64,000 nt of DNA from a virus. Taxonomy: Duplodnaviria > Caudoviricetes. Of this stretch, positions 16,996 to 26,754 are shown in pieces. The stretch spans positions 308-64,307 of IMG/VR virus record IMGVR_UViG_3300017971_000295, one strand, 5' to 3'. A program made the position numbers and the translations under genes. The notes under the pieces are model-generated. The model saw only the letters and a program-made list of their open reading frames with translations, was not told where the DNA came from and did not search any database. How positions within the stretch are numbered: position 1 is the first letter of the stretch; the number at the start of each line of letters is the position of its first letter.

Positions 16996-19017
16996 ATGCC
17001 AAATAAACTATCAGAAAAATATACACTACCCTACGATGATGTAAACGCATTCAACCAGATTGCTAATTTTGCGAATGATTTAAGCAAAGACGACAGGACT
17101 TTTATAGCCACAAAGGTACTTGAGGGTTATGAAGTCGATAAAAATAGTCGTGACGGGTGGGAGCAATCGAACAAAGAGTTTATGGAGCTTGCCAAGCAGA
17201 TTGGTGGTGAGAGAACCTATGGTGGGGAGAAGGTTTCCAATGTAAGGTATCCAATTCTTGCTACCGCTGCTATTCAGTTTTCGGCAAGAGCCTATCCTAA
17301 TATTGTAAAGGGAACTGATGTTGTAAAGTGTCAAACTGTTGGCAACGACGCTTCTGGGGAAAAAACCAAGAAAGGCAACAGAATCAGACGGCACATGAGC
17401 TATCAGATTCTAAACCGGATGGATTCTTGGGAAGAGGATATGGATCAGCTTTTAATGACGCTTGCTTTAGTGGGGTGTCATTTTAAGAAAACCTATTATG
17501 ATCCTAACGCAGAGAAGCCGGTTTGCGAGGGTGTGTTTGCAGAAGACCTTGTGGTTCATTACAATGCGAAATCCTTAGAAAAAGCGGCGAGGATTACCCA
17601 TGTTATCGAGCTTTCTGAAAACGAAATTGTGGAGCGCATAAGAAAAGAGGTTTTCAGGGAGTTTGACCATAAGTCCGCCAAGGGTGATGACGATAAAAAA
17701 GACACCGAAGACGAAGATGCACCTCACACATTTTTAGAGCAACATTGTTGGTTTGATCTTGACGATGATGGTTACAAAGAACCGTATATTGTTACGGTCC
17801 ATAAAGGTAGCGAGGAATTAGTCAGGATTGTTCCCCGTTACGATATTGATGGGATAAAAACTAGCGACAAAAAAGAAATCATAAAAATAGAGCCTAATCA
17901 TCATTTTACTCAGTATTGGTTTATGCCGTCTTTCGATGGTGGTTTTTATAAAATGGGGTTCGGCGCGCTTCTCACTTCACCGATACACATTGTAAACACA
18001 ATTTTTAATCAGCTCCTTGACGCCGGGACTCTTGCAAATAGACAGGGTGGGTTTCTTGGCCCTGGTATTAATCTTAAAAAAGGTGGTGCAAGCGGGTCTT
18101 TGGTATTTAAACAGGGTGAATGGAAAAAGATTTCATATCTTGGAGATGATATTCGTAAGGCGATATTCGCCCTCCCCGTTAAAGAACCGTCTAATGTGTT
18201 ATTTCAGTTGTTGGGGTTGATGCTCGATGCTATTAAAGAGCTGTCATCTCAGGCTGAAGTTCTAAGTGGCGAACAGTCTAAGGCAAATGTGCCGGCCACT
18301 ACGACATTGGCTCTAATTGAACAGGGTTTGGCCGTATTCTCTGCTATATATAAAAGGATATACCGTTCTTTGAAGTCTGAGTTTGCAAAAATCAGACGCT
18401 TGAACATGATGTATCTTTCCAAAAGAGAATACAACATAGTTTTAGATGAGGTTGATGAAAACGGTCAGCCGGTTCAGTTCGATCCTAAAGAAGATTATAA
18501 TGATGTCATGATGGATGTTGTTCCGGTTTCCAATGCTGCGGATATTTCGGACACTCAGAGAATCTTAAAGTCTCAGGCGTTAATGGAAATAAGGGGTCAG
18601 GGTCTAAATGACATGGAGATTATGCGAAGGCACTTGGTTGCGATGGGAATTGAGGATATTGCCGGGCTGTTGCCTGATCCGAATCAACCGCCTCCACCTG
18701 ATCCAAAAATTGAAGTCGAAAAAGAAAAGTTAAGATTGAAATCAGTTGAGCTTCAAATTGAAATTCAACGTTCGGTAATTGAAGAAAAGGAGAAAATGAG
18801 CAAGATTTTGAAAAACTGGAGTGGTGCTGTTAAAGATCTTGCTCAAGCCGAAGCCGCTGAAGAGGGTGCTCAATTAGAAATGTATAAACTACAGGTGCAG
18901 GAGCTTTCGGATAAATTGGGATTTTTCTCAAATATGATGGGGCAATTGCAGAAAGGACAAAATGAACAGGGAAGAGTTCGAGGCGTGGAAAGCGCTCAAA
19001 ACAACCAGAGAGGTTGA
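16996..19017 (+). CDS. Portal protein (podovirus type, C-terminal coiled coil)
   Basis: 673 aa after TerL; FKKTYYD, NQLLDAGTLAN, ATTTLALIEQG, SAIYKRIYRSLK. Confidence 0.88.
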   Translation: MPNKLSEKYTLPYDDVNAFNQIANFANDLSKDDRTFIATKVLEGYEVDKNSRDGWEQSNKEFMELAKQIGGERTYGGEKVSNVRYPILATAAIQFSARAYPNIVKGTDVVKCQTVGNDASGEKTKKGNRIRRHMSYQILNRMDSWEEDMDQLLMTLALVGCHFKKTYYDPNAEKPVCEGVFAEDLVVHYNAKSLEKAARITHVIELSENEIVERIRKEVFREFDHKSAKGDDDKKDTEDEDAPHTFLEQHCWFDLDDDGYKEPYIVTVHKGSEELVRIVPRYDIDGIKTSDKKEIIKIEPNHHFTQYWFMPSFDGGFYKMGFGALLTSPIHIVNTIFNQLLDAGTLANRQGGFLGPGINLKKGGASGSLVFKQGEWKKISYLGDDIRKAIFALPVKEPSNVLFQLLGLMLDAIKELSSQAEVLSGEQSKANVPATTTLALIEQGLAVFSAIYKRIYRSLKSEFAKIRRLNMMYLSKREYNIVLDEVDENGQPVQFDPKEDYNDVMMDVVPVSNAADISDTQRILKSQALMEIRGQGLNDMEIMRRHLVAMGIEDIAGLLPDPNQPPPPDPKIEVEKEKLRLKSVELQIEIQRSVIEEKEKMSKILKNWSGAVKDLAQAEAAEEGAQLEMYKLQVQELSDKLGFFSNMMGQLQKGQNEQGRVRGVESAQNNQRG

Positions 19018-19195
19018 AGCGGCTGTTGCGAGTGAAATAAAAGCGATAATGGAATCATGGCACAATTTGGGGATGATAAATTTTGATTCCCCGAATGAAA
19101 CCGCTATGAAAAACGCATATTGGTTAGGTAAAGTTCATGGGTTAAAATCGTTTTTAGACATTCAATTTGATGAAAGGGAAGAAGATGGATTATAA
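18962..19195 (+). CDS. Small conserved protein after portal
   Basis: EEFEAWK...T motif; position. Confidence 0.6.
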   Translation: MNREEFEAWKALKTTREVEAAVASEIKAIMESWHNLGMINFDSPNETAMKNAYWLGKVHGLKSFLDIQFDEREEDGL

Positions 19196-19574
19196 GCCAA
19201 AGGGTAATAAGGTTTTAATCAAGCCAGATACAATTGAAGAGTTTACAAGAGGGGGGTTGGTTATCCCTGATAGGGTGCGAGAGGATCATGGTAGGGCGAT
19301 TACAAGGGGGGAGATAGTTGCCATAGGGCCGGATGCATCCATTCAATTTTCGAGCAATGGCGTTGATGCACAGGAAGCGAAGATTGGTGATCGGGTTATT
19401 TACGCAAAGTATTCCGGTGCGGAGTTCAGGTATGACAACGAGATATATCGTGTGATATTTGACGATGACATTCTTCTTTTGATTGGTGACGAAAAAGAGC
19501 CTCTTGCCGATTCGAGAAAGATAGTGGAAGGTAGGTTTGTTGAAGATGAATGTAAGGCTTTTAAGGGGAAATAA
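19185..19574 (+). CDS. groES: GroES-like co-chaperonin
   Basis: KPKGNKVLIKP, TRGGLVIP, GEIVAIGP, IGDRVIYAKYSG, DDDIL. Confidence 0.9.
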   Translation: MDYKPKGNKVLIKPDTIEEFTRGGLVIPDRVREDHGRAITRGEIVAIGPDASIQFSSNGVDAQEAKIGDRVIYAKYSGAEFRYDNEIYRVIFDDDILLLIGDEKEPLADSRKIVEGRFVEDECKAFKGK

Positions 19575-19582
19575 AGGGCGAT

Positions 19583-19753
19583 ATGACTGAAACCGAAGCA
19601 CGACAATTCATAAAAAGGTTTGAGAGTCTTTGCTCTGAGTTTGAGCGAGATTGTAATTGCAGAATTGAATTTAATATAAAGGAGACAAGAAAAGGCGTAA
19701 GAAATTTGAAATGGATAACAATTGAATCCATTTCTTTAAAAATCGATAGATAA
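19583..19753 (+). CDS. Small hypothetical protein (56 aa)
   Basis: Hand-translated MTETEARQFIKRFE...SLKIDR; fills the gap. Confidence 0.5.
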   Translation: MTETEARQFIKRFESLCSEFERDCNCRIEFNIKETRKGVRNLKWITIESISLKIDR

Positions 19754-19770
19754 ACAATACGAGCACTAAT

Positions 19771-19811
19771 AAGGCCGATTGTAGCGTGATGCGTTATGTC
19801 GGCCTTTTTTT
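19771..19811 (+). terminator. Terminator or attenuator-like hairpin before scaffold gene
   Basis: AAGGCCGA.../...TCGGCCTT followed by T-run. Confidence 0.6.
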
Positions 19812-19827
19812 GTTCAAAGGAGAGGAA

Positions 19828-20658
19828 ATGGAAAAAGAAGAAAAAGTTGATGAGTCAGAAATTGATGAAAAAGACGAAAGCGGGGGGGATCAAGAAAAAG
19901 CTGATGCCGTTTTAGAGCTTGCAGTTAAGATGGGGTACAACCCGAATTACGATGGTGTTGATAGGGAATTTAAATCACCTGAAGAGTTTATTTTAAATTC
20001 CAAGAACATCCAAAACACCATGTCAAAGCAAATGAAAGCGCTTAAAGCCGAAGTGGAAGATCATAAAATTGGTTTAAAGCAACTGCAAAAGCACAATGAA
20101 ACGGTCTATAAAGCTCAAATTGCTCAGATGGAAAACAGGATTGCCGAACTAAAGGCTCAAAAAAAAGAAGCCATAAGAGACGAAGACCCCGAAAGGGCAA
20201 TGGAACTCGATGAGCAAATTGGCAAATTAGAAAAGACATCTAAAGAAAAACCACCGGAAGTTACGGAAGTAAACCCTGAGTTTAAAAAGTGGGTTGCTGA
20301 AAATGAATGGTATACGGAAGATGACGAACTTTGTGAATACGCAAATATACAGGCGGCAAACAACCCGAAATACAAGGGGCTTTCTGCCAAGCGGTTGTAT
20401 GCGATGATTACAAAGGACGTTAAAAAAATGTTTCCCGAAAAATTTGAACAAAAGGAAGAAAAATCTCCTGATCCTCCCAAACCTAAAGCGGCTGTTGTGG
20501 AGAGTTCATCGAGAAAATCTTCCAGCAAGTCAAAATTTACGGAAAAAGATTTAAGTGATAATCAAAGAGAAACCATGAAGCGGTTCATCAGATTAGGTGC
20601 GGTAAAAAAGAAACAAGATTACATAGATGAACTGGCCAGAATTGGAGAACTGTCATAG
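19828..20658 (+). CDS. Capsid scaffolding protein
   Basis: Acidic N-terminus, coiled coil, KWVAENEWY motif, lies between portal and capsid. Confidence 0.75.
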   Translation: MEKEEKVDESEIDEKDESGGDQEKADAVLELAVKMGYNPNYDGVDREFKSPEEFILNSKNIQNTMSKQMKALKAEVEDHKIGLKQLQKHNETVYKAQIAQMENRIAELKAQKKEAIRDEDPERAMELDEQIGKLEKTSKEKPPEVTEVNPEFKKWVAENEWYTEDDELCEYANIQAANNPKYKGLSAKRLYAMITKDVKKMFPEKFEQKEEKSPDPPKPKAAVVESSSRKSSSKSKFTEKDLSDNQRETMKRFIRLGAVKKKQDYIDELARIGELS

Positions 20659-20672
20659 GACGGAGGTAAATT

Positions 20673-21206
20673 ATGGATTTTATTTTAAGGGATGATGAGA
20701 CACCATTTGCAACTCCTGAAGCTGCGAAAAGTAAGCGCACTAAAATGGGAAACGATGGTCTGAGTTTTAAGGTTGTTTCGGTTGAGGGGGGTTTCGCTCT
20801 TCAACGTAAAAGCAGGTCTACAAAGCGAATTCCGATTCATTCAAGAAATCGGTTGACCGTAGACCCGAAGGATAAAGACCAGAATTTCGAGTACAGGATT
20901 GTAAATGACGAACCAGGAAGGATTCAAATGTTCCTTGATGCTGGCTATGAGATTGTCAAAAACAACGTTCCAATTGGCGATCCACAGGTTGGTGAAGGTG
21001 AACAAGTTGGAAAAATAGCTTCTAAGCATGTTGGCTCCGGCAGGAAGGGGTATTTAATGAGAATCCCCAAAGAGTTTTATGAGGAAGATCAGCAACTAAA
21101 AGCTGATAAAATTAAAGATCAGGAGTCGCATATAAAGCGTGGACCTAATAAAAATGAAGGCCAATATGGAGAGGTAAAGATTGGTCGGAGGACTCCTACT
21201 TACTAA
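20673..21206 (+). CDS. Conserved head-region protein
   Basis: YRIVND...RI...GYE...YLMRIPKEFYEED motif. Confidence 0.6.
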   Translation: MDFILRDDETPFATPEAAKSKRTKMGNDGLSFKVVSVEGGFALQRKSRSTKRIPIHSRNRLTVDPKDKDQNFEYRIVNDEPGRIQMFLDAGYEIVKNNVPIGDPQVGEGEQVGKIASKHVGSGRKGYLMRIPKEFYEEDQQLKADKIKDQESHIKRGPNKNEGQYGEVKIGRRTPTY

Positions 21207-21253
21207 TCTAATGCCTGTCCGTAGAGCCTATTAATTTTGGAGGTAATTTAAAT

Positions 21254-21904
21254 ATGGCGAATGCAGATAGACCGCGAGGCTTTACTCCGGTCAGGCATCT
21301 CAATGGTTCGCCCTGGAATGGTGCTGTTGAGGTATTTTATCATTCTACGGCGGACGCAACGGCCATTTATAAAGGTGAACTGGTGATTGGAATTGTCGGT
21401 CTTGCCGGTGCGGGTTCTGACCCGTTAGGCAAATTCCCCGGCTGTATTGCGGCTTCTAAGGCTGCTCAAGACACCCAACACCTTTTGGGCGTTGCTTGGA
21501 CTTTTGGCAACACGCCTGATGTTGCTGCCAGAGTGGATAATCTTAATGCGGCAAATTATTGCCCTGCATCCACAGGTATGTATATCGGCGTTATAACTGA
21601 TCCCTCTACTGTTTTTTCGATTCAAGACAGCGGTGGAACCGCATTAACTGCGGTGCAGATTGGTTCTTACATTGACATTTCAACCTTTACTTCTGCCACT
21701 GCATGTGGAAGCACTACAACGGGCAGGAGTTATATGGAAGTGGACACTTCTTCAATTGGGGCTTCAAATGCTCATATGTGTCGGGTTTTAAGACTTTCTC
21801 CGAGACCTGATAACGAACTGAGTTCTTGGGCTGATTGGGAAGTTATTATTAATTATCACATTGACAAGCAGATTCCGGCTAGCACCGGCTACGCATCCAC
21901 TTAA
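21254..21904 (+). CDS. Capsid decoration/cement-like protein
   Basis: MANADRPRGFTPV start, Ala/Gly/Thr-rich, directly before the capsid gene. Confidence 0.65.
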   Translation: MANADRPRGFTPVRHLNGSPWNGAVEVFYHSTADATAIYKGELVIGIVGLAGAGSDPLGKFPGCIAASKAAQDTQHLLGVAWTFGNTPDVAARVDNLNAANYCPASTGMYIGVITDPSTVFSIQDSGGTALTAVQIGSYIDISTFTSATACGSTTTGRSYMEVDTSSIGASNAHMCRVLRLSPRPDNELSSWADWEVIINYHIDKQIPASTGYAST

Positions 21905-21917
21905 TAGGAGGTAAACT

Positions 21918-22826
21918 ATGGGAGTTATAAATACCGGATCGTTTGCCAAGGATTTGTGGCCAGGTGTCCGGAGCTGGTATGGGATGAAATACAAAGAATA
22001 TCCCGTGGAACACCTGCAAATCTTTGACAAATACACTTCAGACAAAGCGTTTGAGGAAGACGTTGGATCAGCAGGATTTGGGCTTGCTGTGCAGAAAACG
22101 GAAGGTGGCACTATCACCTACGATGATGCAGAACAGGCTTTCATTGATCGCTACACTCACGCTACCTATGCACTTGGTTTTATCATCACAAGAGAAATGC
22201 ATGATGATGGTATTTCCGCAACGGTGGCTTTGAGGCGCGCCGGAGCATTGGCCTTTAGTATTCGCCAGACTCAGGAAACAATCGGCGCAAACGTCTTAAA
22301 TCGAGCGTTTAATTCTAGTTATACATTTGGTGATGGTGTCGAGCTTTGTTCTACTGCCCACCCGAATCAGAAGGGTGGAACCTGGAGAAATGAGCTTGCA
22401 ACTGCTTCTGACCTTAACGAAGCATCTTTAGAACAGGCATGTATTGATATTGCCGACCTTGAAACGGACAGTGGGCTTAAGATTGCCGTAAGACCGAAAA
22501 AACTGATTATTCCGAAAGAATTGGTTTTTGAAGCCGAAAGGTATCTTAAAACTACCCTGCGTCCTGGCATGGCCGACAATGATATTAATGCTGTACGGTC
22601 TTTGGGTGTAATCCCCGAAGTTGTAGCCAATCATTATCTAACTGATACTGATGCCTGGTTTATCAAAACGGACTGCCCTGATGGGATGAAATATTTTTCC
22701 AGAAGGGAACCGGATTTTGATACTGACAACGACTTCGATACGGAGAATGCTCGCTTTAAAGCAGTCTTCCGTGGAAGTTGGGGATGTACGGATAAGCGGG
22801 GGATCTTCGGATCACCTGGAGCTTAA
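21918..22826 (+). CDS. Major capsid protein
   Basis: 302 aa; YALGFIITRE, DGVELCSTAHP, PKKLIIP, HYLTDTDAWF, GIFGSPGA; strong SD TAGGAGG. Confidence 0.9.
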   Translation: MGVINTGSFAKDLWPGVRSWYGMKYKEYPVEHLQIFDKYTSDKAFEEDVGSAGFGLAVQKTEGGTITYDDAEQAFIDRYTHATYALGFIITREMHDDGISATVALRRAGALAFSIRQTQETIGANVLNRAFNSSYTFGDGVELCSTAHPNQKGGTWRNELATASDLNEASLEQACIDIADLETDSGLKIAVRPKKLIIPKELVFEAERYLKTTLRPGMADNDINAVRSLGVIPEVVANHYLTDTDAWFIKTDCPDGMKYFSRREPDFDTDNDFDTENARFKAVFRGSWGCTDKRGIFGSPGA

Positions 22827-22841
22827 TTAGAAACAACAAAA

Positions 22842-22881
22842 AATAGATGGGGTGTTTGATCGGATTAACACTCCATCTATT
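22842..22881 (+). terminator. 15-bp hairpin after the capsid gene
   Basis: AATAGATGGGGTGTT/AACACTCCATCTATT; weak T-run. Confidence 0.55.
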
Positions 22882-22944
22882 AAAAGTGCTTCATGGCTTG
22901 TCCGATTCAGGCTGTACCGAAAGGGATGGAGCAGGGAGTAAAAT

Positions 22945-23850
22945 ATGACTACATTTGGAGATCAAGTTTATCAATACGGTGGAATGCCTGTTGGTGGCGT
23001 AATGACTACGGGGAACGTGTTTTTTGTAAGTTCCGTAACCGGGTCTGATGGCAACAACGGCAAGAAACCCTCACAGGCGTTTGCCACTCTTGACAAGGCA
23101 ACTAACGCTTGTACTGCCAACAAGAACGATATTGTTTACATTATGCCGAATCATGCCGAAACAATTTCTGGGTCTACTACGTGGGTTCCTGACATTGCCG
23201 GCGTTCAGTACATTGGTGTGGGTTTGGGTGCGGATGCTCCTGAACTTACCTTTAGCGCAACAGGTAGCACGATTGACGTAACGGGTGCTAATAGCCTGTT
23301 TAAAAATATTCGGTTTATCGCAGGAATCAGCGCGGTTGTAGAGGGAATTGATGTAGGCGCGAATCACGTAACCTTTGAAAATTGTACGTGGGATTTTTCT
23401 TCAACCGGATATGATTTTGTTAAAATGATTGATTTTACGTCTGCTGATTATTGCACCGTAAAAAATTGTCGGTTTATTGCAGAGAACGCAACTGCTGGAT
23501 CTGAAAGAGGTGTTCATTTTGAAGCCGCAGATCATTTAATTGTGGAAGGCTGTCTTTTTACCGGTGATTATTCCGCTGCACCAATTACCAGCACGGATGC
23601 TGATGTTAGCAAGAGTGTGCTGATTCTTAACAACAGGATTTACAATGATGATACCGCCTCAACAAATGGAGGTATCCGGCTGATTGCCGCAAGTACGGGT
23701 ATGATTGCACATAACATGATTGCTTGGTTAAATGATGACGAGGGAGATAAGGTTATTGATCCTGGTAGCTGTATAATGTTTGAAAATTACACGGCAACCG
23801 CAATTGATACTTATGCGCTTGCCACATTGCATGGAACGGCAGCAAGTTAA
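22945..23850 (+). CDS. Beta-helix (pectin lyase-like) virion protein, probable head fibre
   Basis: FFVSSVTGSDGNNG...AFATLDKA cap then NIRF/NCTW/NCRF/GCLF rungs; no signal peptide. Confidence 0.7.
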   Translation: MTTFGDQVYQYGGMPVGGVMTTGNVFFVSSVTGSDGNNGKKPSQAFATLDKATNACTANKNDIVYIMPNHAETISGSTTWVPDIAGVQYIGVGLGADAPELTFSATGSTIDVTGANSLFKNIRFIAGISAVVEGIDVGANHVTFENCTWDFSSTGYDFVKMIDFTSADYCTVKNCRFIAENATAGSERGVHFEAADHLIVEGCLFTGDYSAAPITSTDADVSKSVLILNNRIYNDDTASTNGGIRLIAASTGMIAHNMIAWLNDDEGDKVIDPGSCIMFENYTATAIDTYALATLHGTAAS

Positions 23851-23853
23851 TGT

Positions 23854-23884
23854 TAAAGGGTCTGTGTTTCGTGCAGACCCTTTA
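23854..23884 (+). terminator. Hairpin between head-fibre gene and glycan cluster
   Basis: TAAAGGGTCTG/CAGACCCTTTA. Confidence 0.6.
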
Positions 23885-23897
23885 GAAAGGAAAAAGG

Positions 23898-25133
23898 ATG
23901 AAACAGATTGTCTATTTTACGGACAGTATGCTTGAGGAGGAATTAGCAGAGGCGACAAGGAAACAAATTTTAAAGGCAGCAAACGGGATACCGATTATAA
24001 GTGTATCTCAAAAACCGTTGGTCTTTGGCAAGAACATTTGTGTTGGTTACAAACCAATATGCTATCTCAATCTTTACGAAGCCCTTTTGACGGGTCTTGA
24101 AGCCACACCCGAAGATAGCATTATTTATGTGTGTGAACACGACGTATTTTATCATCCGAGTCATTTTGAGTTTGTTCCATCCAGAAAGAACAGGATTTAT
24201 TACAATTTAAATCGGTACTACTGGAAACAAAACGAAACCTTTTATTTAAAGACAATAGGCAAGAGGGCATTAAGTCAAGCGGTGGCATGTAGGGATGTTT
24301 TGATAGACCATGTTCGTGATCAGGTCAGCAAAAGAAGGGCGGGAATTTCAGCGCCATGTGAGGGCCCGTTTACGAATTTTACATCAGAATATCCGAACAT
24401 TGACATAAGGCATCGCAGCAACTTTTCCAGATCGGGTTCTTACAAGAATTCAAACAAATCAAGACGGTATTGGGATTTGGATTATTGGGGAACTCCCAGA
24501 GAGTTTCAGAATAAAACTGGATACAAAAACAAAGACATCGAAACCGATGTTCATCTTCATCGGTTGTTTAACAATGACAAAAAAGACAGTCCTGTTATCA
24601 TTCCGAAGTTCAACAGATGGTATTTGGTCGGGTTATTTCATTCTCTTGGTTTTAAAAAAGGTGCGGAAATCGGTGTCAAGCGAGGGGATTATTCTCACCA
24701 AATTTGTAAGGGCATGAAAGATGTTCATTTAAAGTGTGTTGATAATTATTTACCTGGACCGAATTTAGCATGGGACGAATCGGAGGGGTTTATAAACGAG
24801 GTAAGGTTTAGGCTTAAAGACTTTGATGTGCAACACATTATAAAATCGAGTATGCACGCTGCTGAAATGGATGTTGCCAAGGGTTCTTTGGATTTTGTTT
24901 ACATCGATGCTGATCATTCATTTGATTCTGTTATGCAGGATATCATTGTTTGGGCTCAACGGGTGAGGGTTGGCGGGATTGTAAGTGGGCATGATTACGA
25001 TCTTCCCGGTGTAAAAGAAGCGGTGGATGTTTATACAAAAGTGCATGATCTTGAATATTTTGTAACTGAAACAGGGGAATCGTATCCCGATAGTTCTCCG
25101 TCTTGGTTTTTTGCGATAAAGGAGGAAGGATGA
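23898..25133 (+). CDS. GT-A glycosyltransferase-like domain fused to class I SAM methyltransferase
   Basis: IYVCEHDVFY (DxD-like); GAEIGV..G, DFVYIDADH, GGIVSGHDY. Confidence 0.75.
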   Translation: MKQIVYFTDSMLEEELAEATRKQILKAANGIPIISVSQKPLVFGKNICVGYKPICYLNLYEALLTGLEATPEDSIIYVCEHDVFYHPSHFEFVPSRKNRIYYNLNRYYWKQNETFYLKTIGKRALSQAVACRDVLIDHVRDQVSKRRAGISAPCEGPFTNFTSEYPNIDIRHRSNFSRSGSYKNSNKSRRYWDLDYWGTPREFQNKTGYKNKDIETDVHLHRLFNNDKKDSPVIIPKFNRWYLVGLFHSLGFKKGAEIGVKRGDYSHQICKGMKDVHLKCVDNYLPGPNLAWDESEGFINEVRFRLKDFDVQHIIKSSMHAAEMDVAKGSLDFVYIDADHSFDSVMQDIIVWAQRVRVGGIVSGHDYDLPGVKEAVDVYTKVHDLEYFVTETGESYPDSSPSWFFAIKEEG

Positions 25134-26134
25134 AGGTTTTAATAACAGGAGGTTGCGGTTTCGTAGGGCATCACGCTGTCGAGTATTACTTAAAAAATAC
25201 CGATTGGGATATTCTGATATTCGACAAAATGACATATGCTTCTTACGGGCTTGACAGAATAAGAGACATTGAAGCGTTTGACAGCAAGAGGATAAACTTT
25301 TTTTCGGTAGATTTAACAAGACCGATTTCAATCGGGTTGCTTCAAGAGTGTGGGGATGTTGACTACATTCTTCATATGGCGGCAGAAACGCATGTAGACA
25401 GGTCAATAGAAAATCCTTCAAGCTTTGTTTATTCCAATGTTGTCGGCACAATGAATATGTTGGAATTTGCCAAGCAGGTTATTCCCAAAGCGTTTGTTTA
25501 TTTTAGTACGGATGAGGTTTACGGTCCGACAAGTATCAGCCCTGTTACCCCACATATTTTACATTCACATAAACAAGATTTTAAAGAATGGGACAGATAC
25601 AACTGTACGAACCCGTATTCCGCAACTAAAGCAGGGGCAGAGCAACTAACATTATCTTACATGAATACCTATGGATTAAAAGGATTCATCGTTAATTGTA
25701 TGAACATTTTCGGTGAGAGACAGCACCCTGAAAAGTTTATACCGCTTTGCATCAGAAAAATATTAAACAACGAAACAATTTACATTCACGGCAGTGTTGA
25801 GGGAATAAGCGGTTCCCGATTTTATATTCATGCCAGAAACGTTGCGTATGCGGTTCACTGGCTATTGGATAAATTTACACAGAGAGACAAATACAATATC
25901 GTGGGGGAAAAGGAAATCACCAATCTTGAGCTTGCAAAAAGTATTGCGGATATCATTGGTGGGAAACTTAAGTATGAGATTGTTGATTTTCATTCAAGCC
26001 GGCCTGGGCATGATTTGCGGTATGCGCTTGACGGCAAGAAAATGCGAGACATGGGGTATACAATTCCGGTGTCAATCGAGCAATCCTTAAAGAAAACTGT
26101 TGAGTGGACATTAAAAAATCAGAAATGGTTATAG
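25130..26134 (+). CDS. rfbB: NDP-sugar 4,6-dehydratase (dTDP-glucose 4,6-dehydratase-like)
   Basis: TGGCGFVG, HMAAETHVDRSI, STDEVYG, YSATK, QHPEKFIP, RPGHDLRY. Confidence 0.9.
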   Translation: MKVLITGGCGFVGHHAVEYYLKNTDWDILIFDKMTYASYGLDRIRDIEAFDSKRINFFSVDLTRPISIGLLQECGDVDYILHMAAETHVDRSIENPSSFVYSNVVGTMNMLEFAKQVIPKAFVYFSTDEVYGPTSISPVTPHILHSHKQDFKEWDRYNCTNPYSATKAGAEQLTLSYMNTYGLKGFIVNCMNIFGERQHPEKFIPLCIRKILNNETIYIHGSVEGISGSRFYIHARNVAYAVHWLLDKFTQRDKYNIVGEKEITNLELAKSIADIIGGKLKYEIVDFHSSRPGHDLRYALDGKKMRDMGYTIPVSIEQSLKKTVEWTLKNQKWL

Positions 26135-26148
26135 GAAAGGATAACAAA

Positions 26149-26754
26149 ATGAAAAGGGTAAATATAATGGGAAGCGCGCCGGGGTGGGAGGAAGTTCCCG
26201 AAGACAACGGCGCAATTTGGGGTGTTAATAATACTCACATCCTAAGAGATGTTGACCTTATTATAGATATTCACCAATCCAGGTTACAGCCCACAGAAGA
26301 AAAAGATTTGGTTCATTTAAAACTTTTAAGAGAAAAAGACATACCGACATACGCAATTGAAAAAATGGAGGGTTTTCCTAACGTAAGAAGGTATCCCATA
26401 GAAGAAATCAAAAAGGAGTTTAACACGGATTATTTTGGAAGCGGGATAGATTTTCTTATTGCGTTAGCTATTCATAAGGGTGCAACAGACATTCATATGT
26501 ACGGAGTATGGATGAAAAAAGGTGGGGAGTATGATCTTCAAAAACCCAGTGTAGAATTTTGGATAGGGTACGCAATGGGTAGGGGGATAAACTTTGAAGT
26601 TCATGGCAATACGGAGATTTTAAGAACCCACAACGGTCTGGTTTATGGTTATCAAACCCCTCAGAAGTGGGTCGATAAAGAAATCCCAAACCATATCAGC
26701 CTAAAAGAGTTGATAGAAAGGTTTGAAAACAATGAAGATCTTATTCACGGTTAG
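26149..26754 (+). CDS. Rossmann-like putative transferase (sialyltransferase/Maf-like fold), paralog A
   Basis: NIMGSAP, WGVN, LALAIHKGATDIHMYG-type motifs; family inferred. Confidence 0.55.
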   Translation: MKRVNIMGSAPGWEEVPEDNGAIWGVNNTHILRDVDLIIDIHQSRLQPTEEKDLVHLKLLREKDIPTYAIEKMEGFPNVRRYPIEEIKKEFNTDYFGSGIDFLIALAIHKGATDIHMYGVWMKKGGEYDLQKPSVEFWIGYAMGRGINFEVHGNTEILRTHNGLVYGYQTPQKWVDKEIPNHISLKELIERFENNEDLIHG

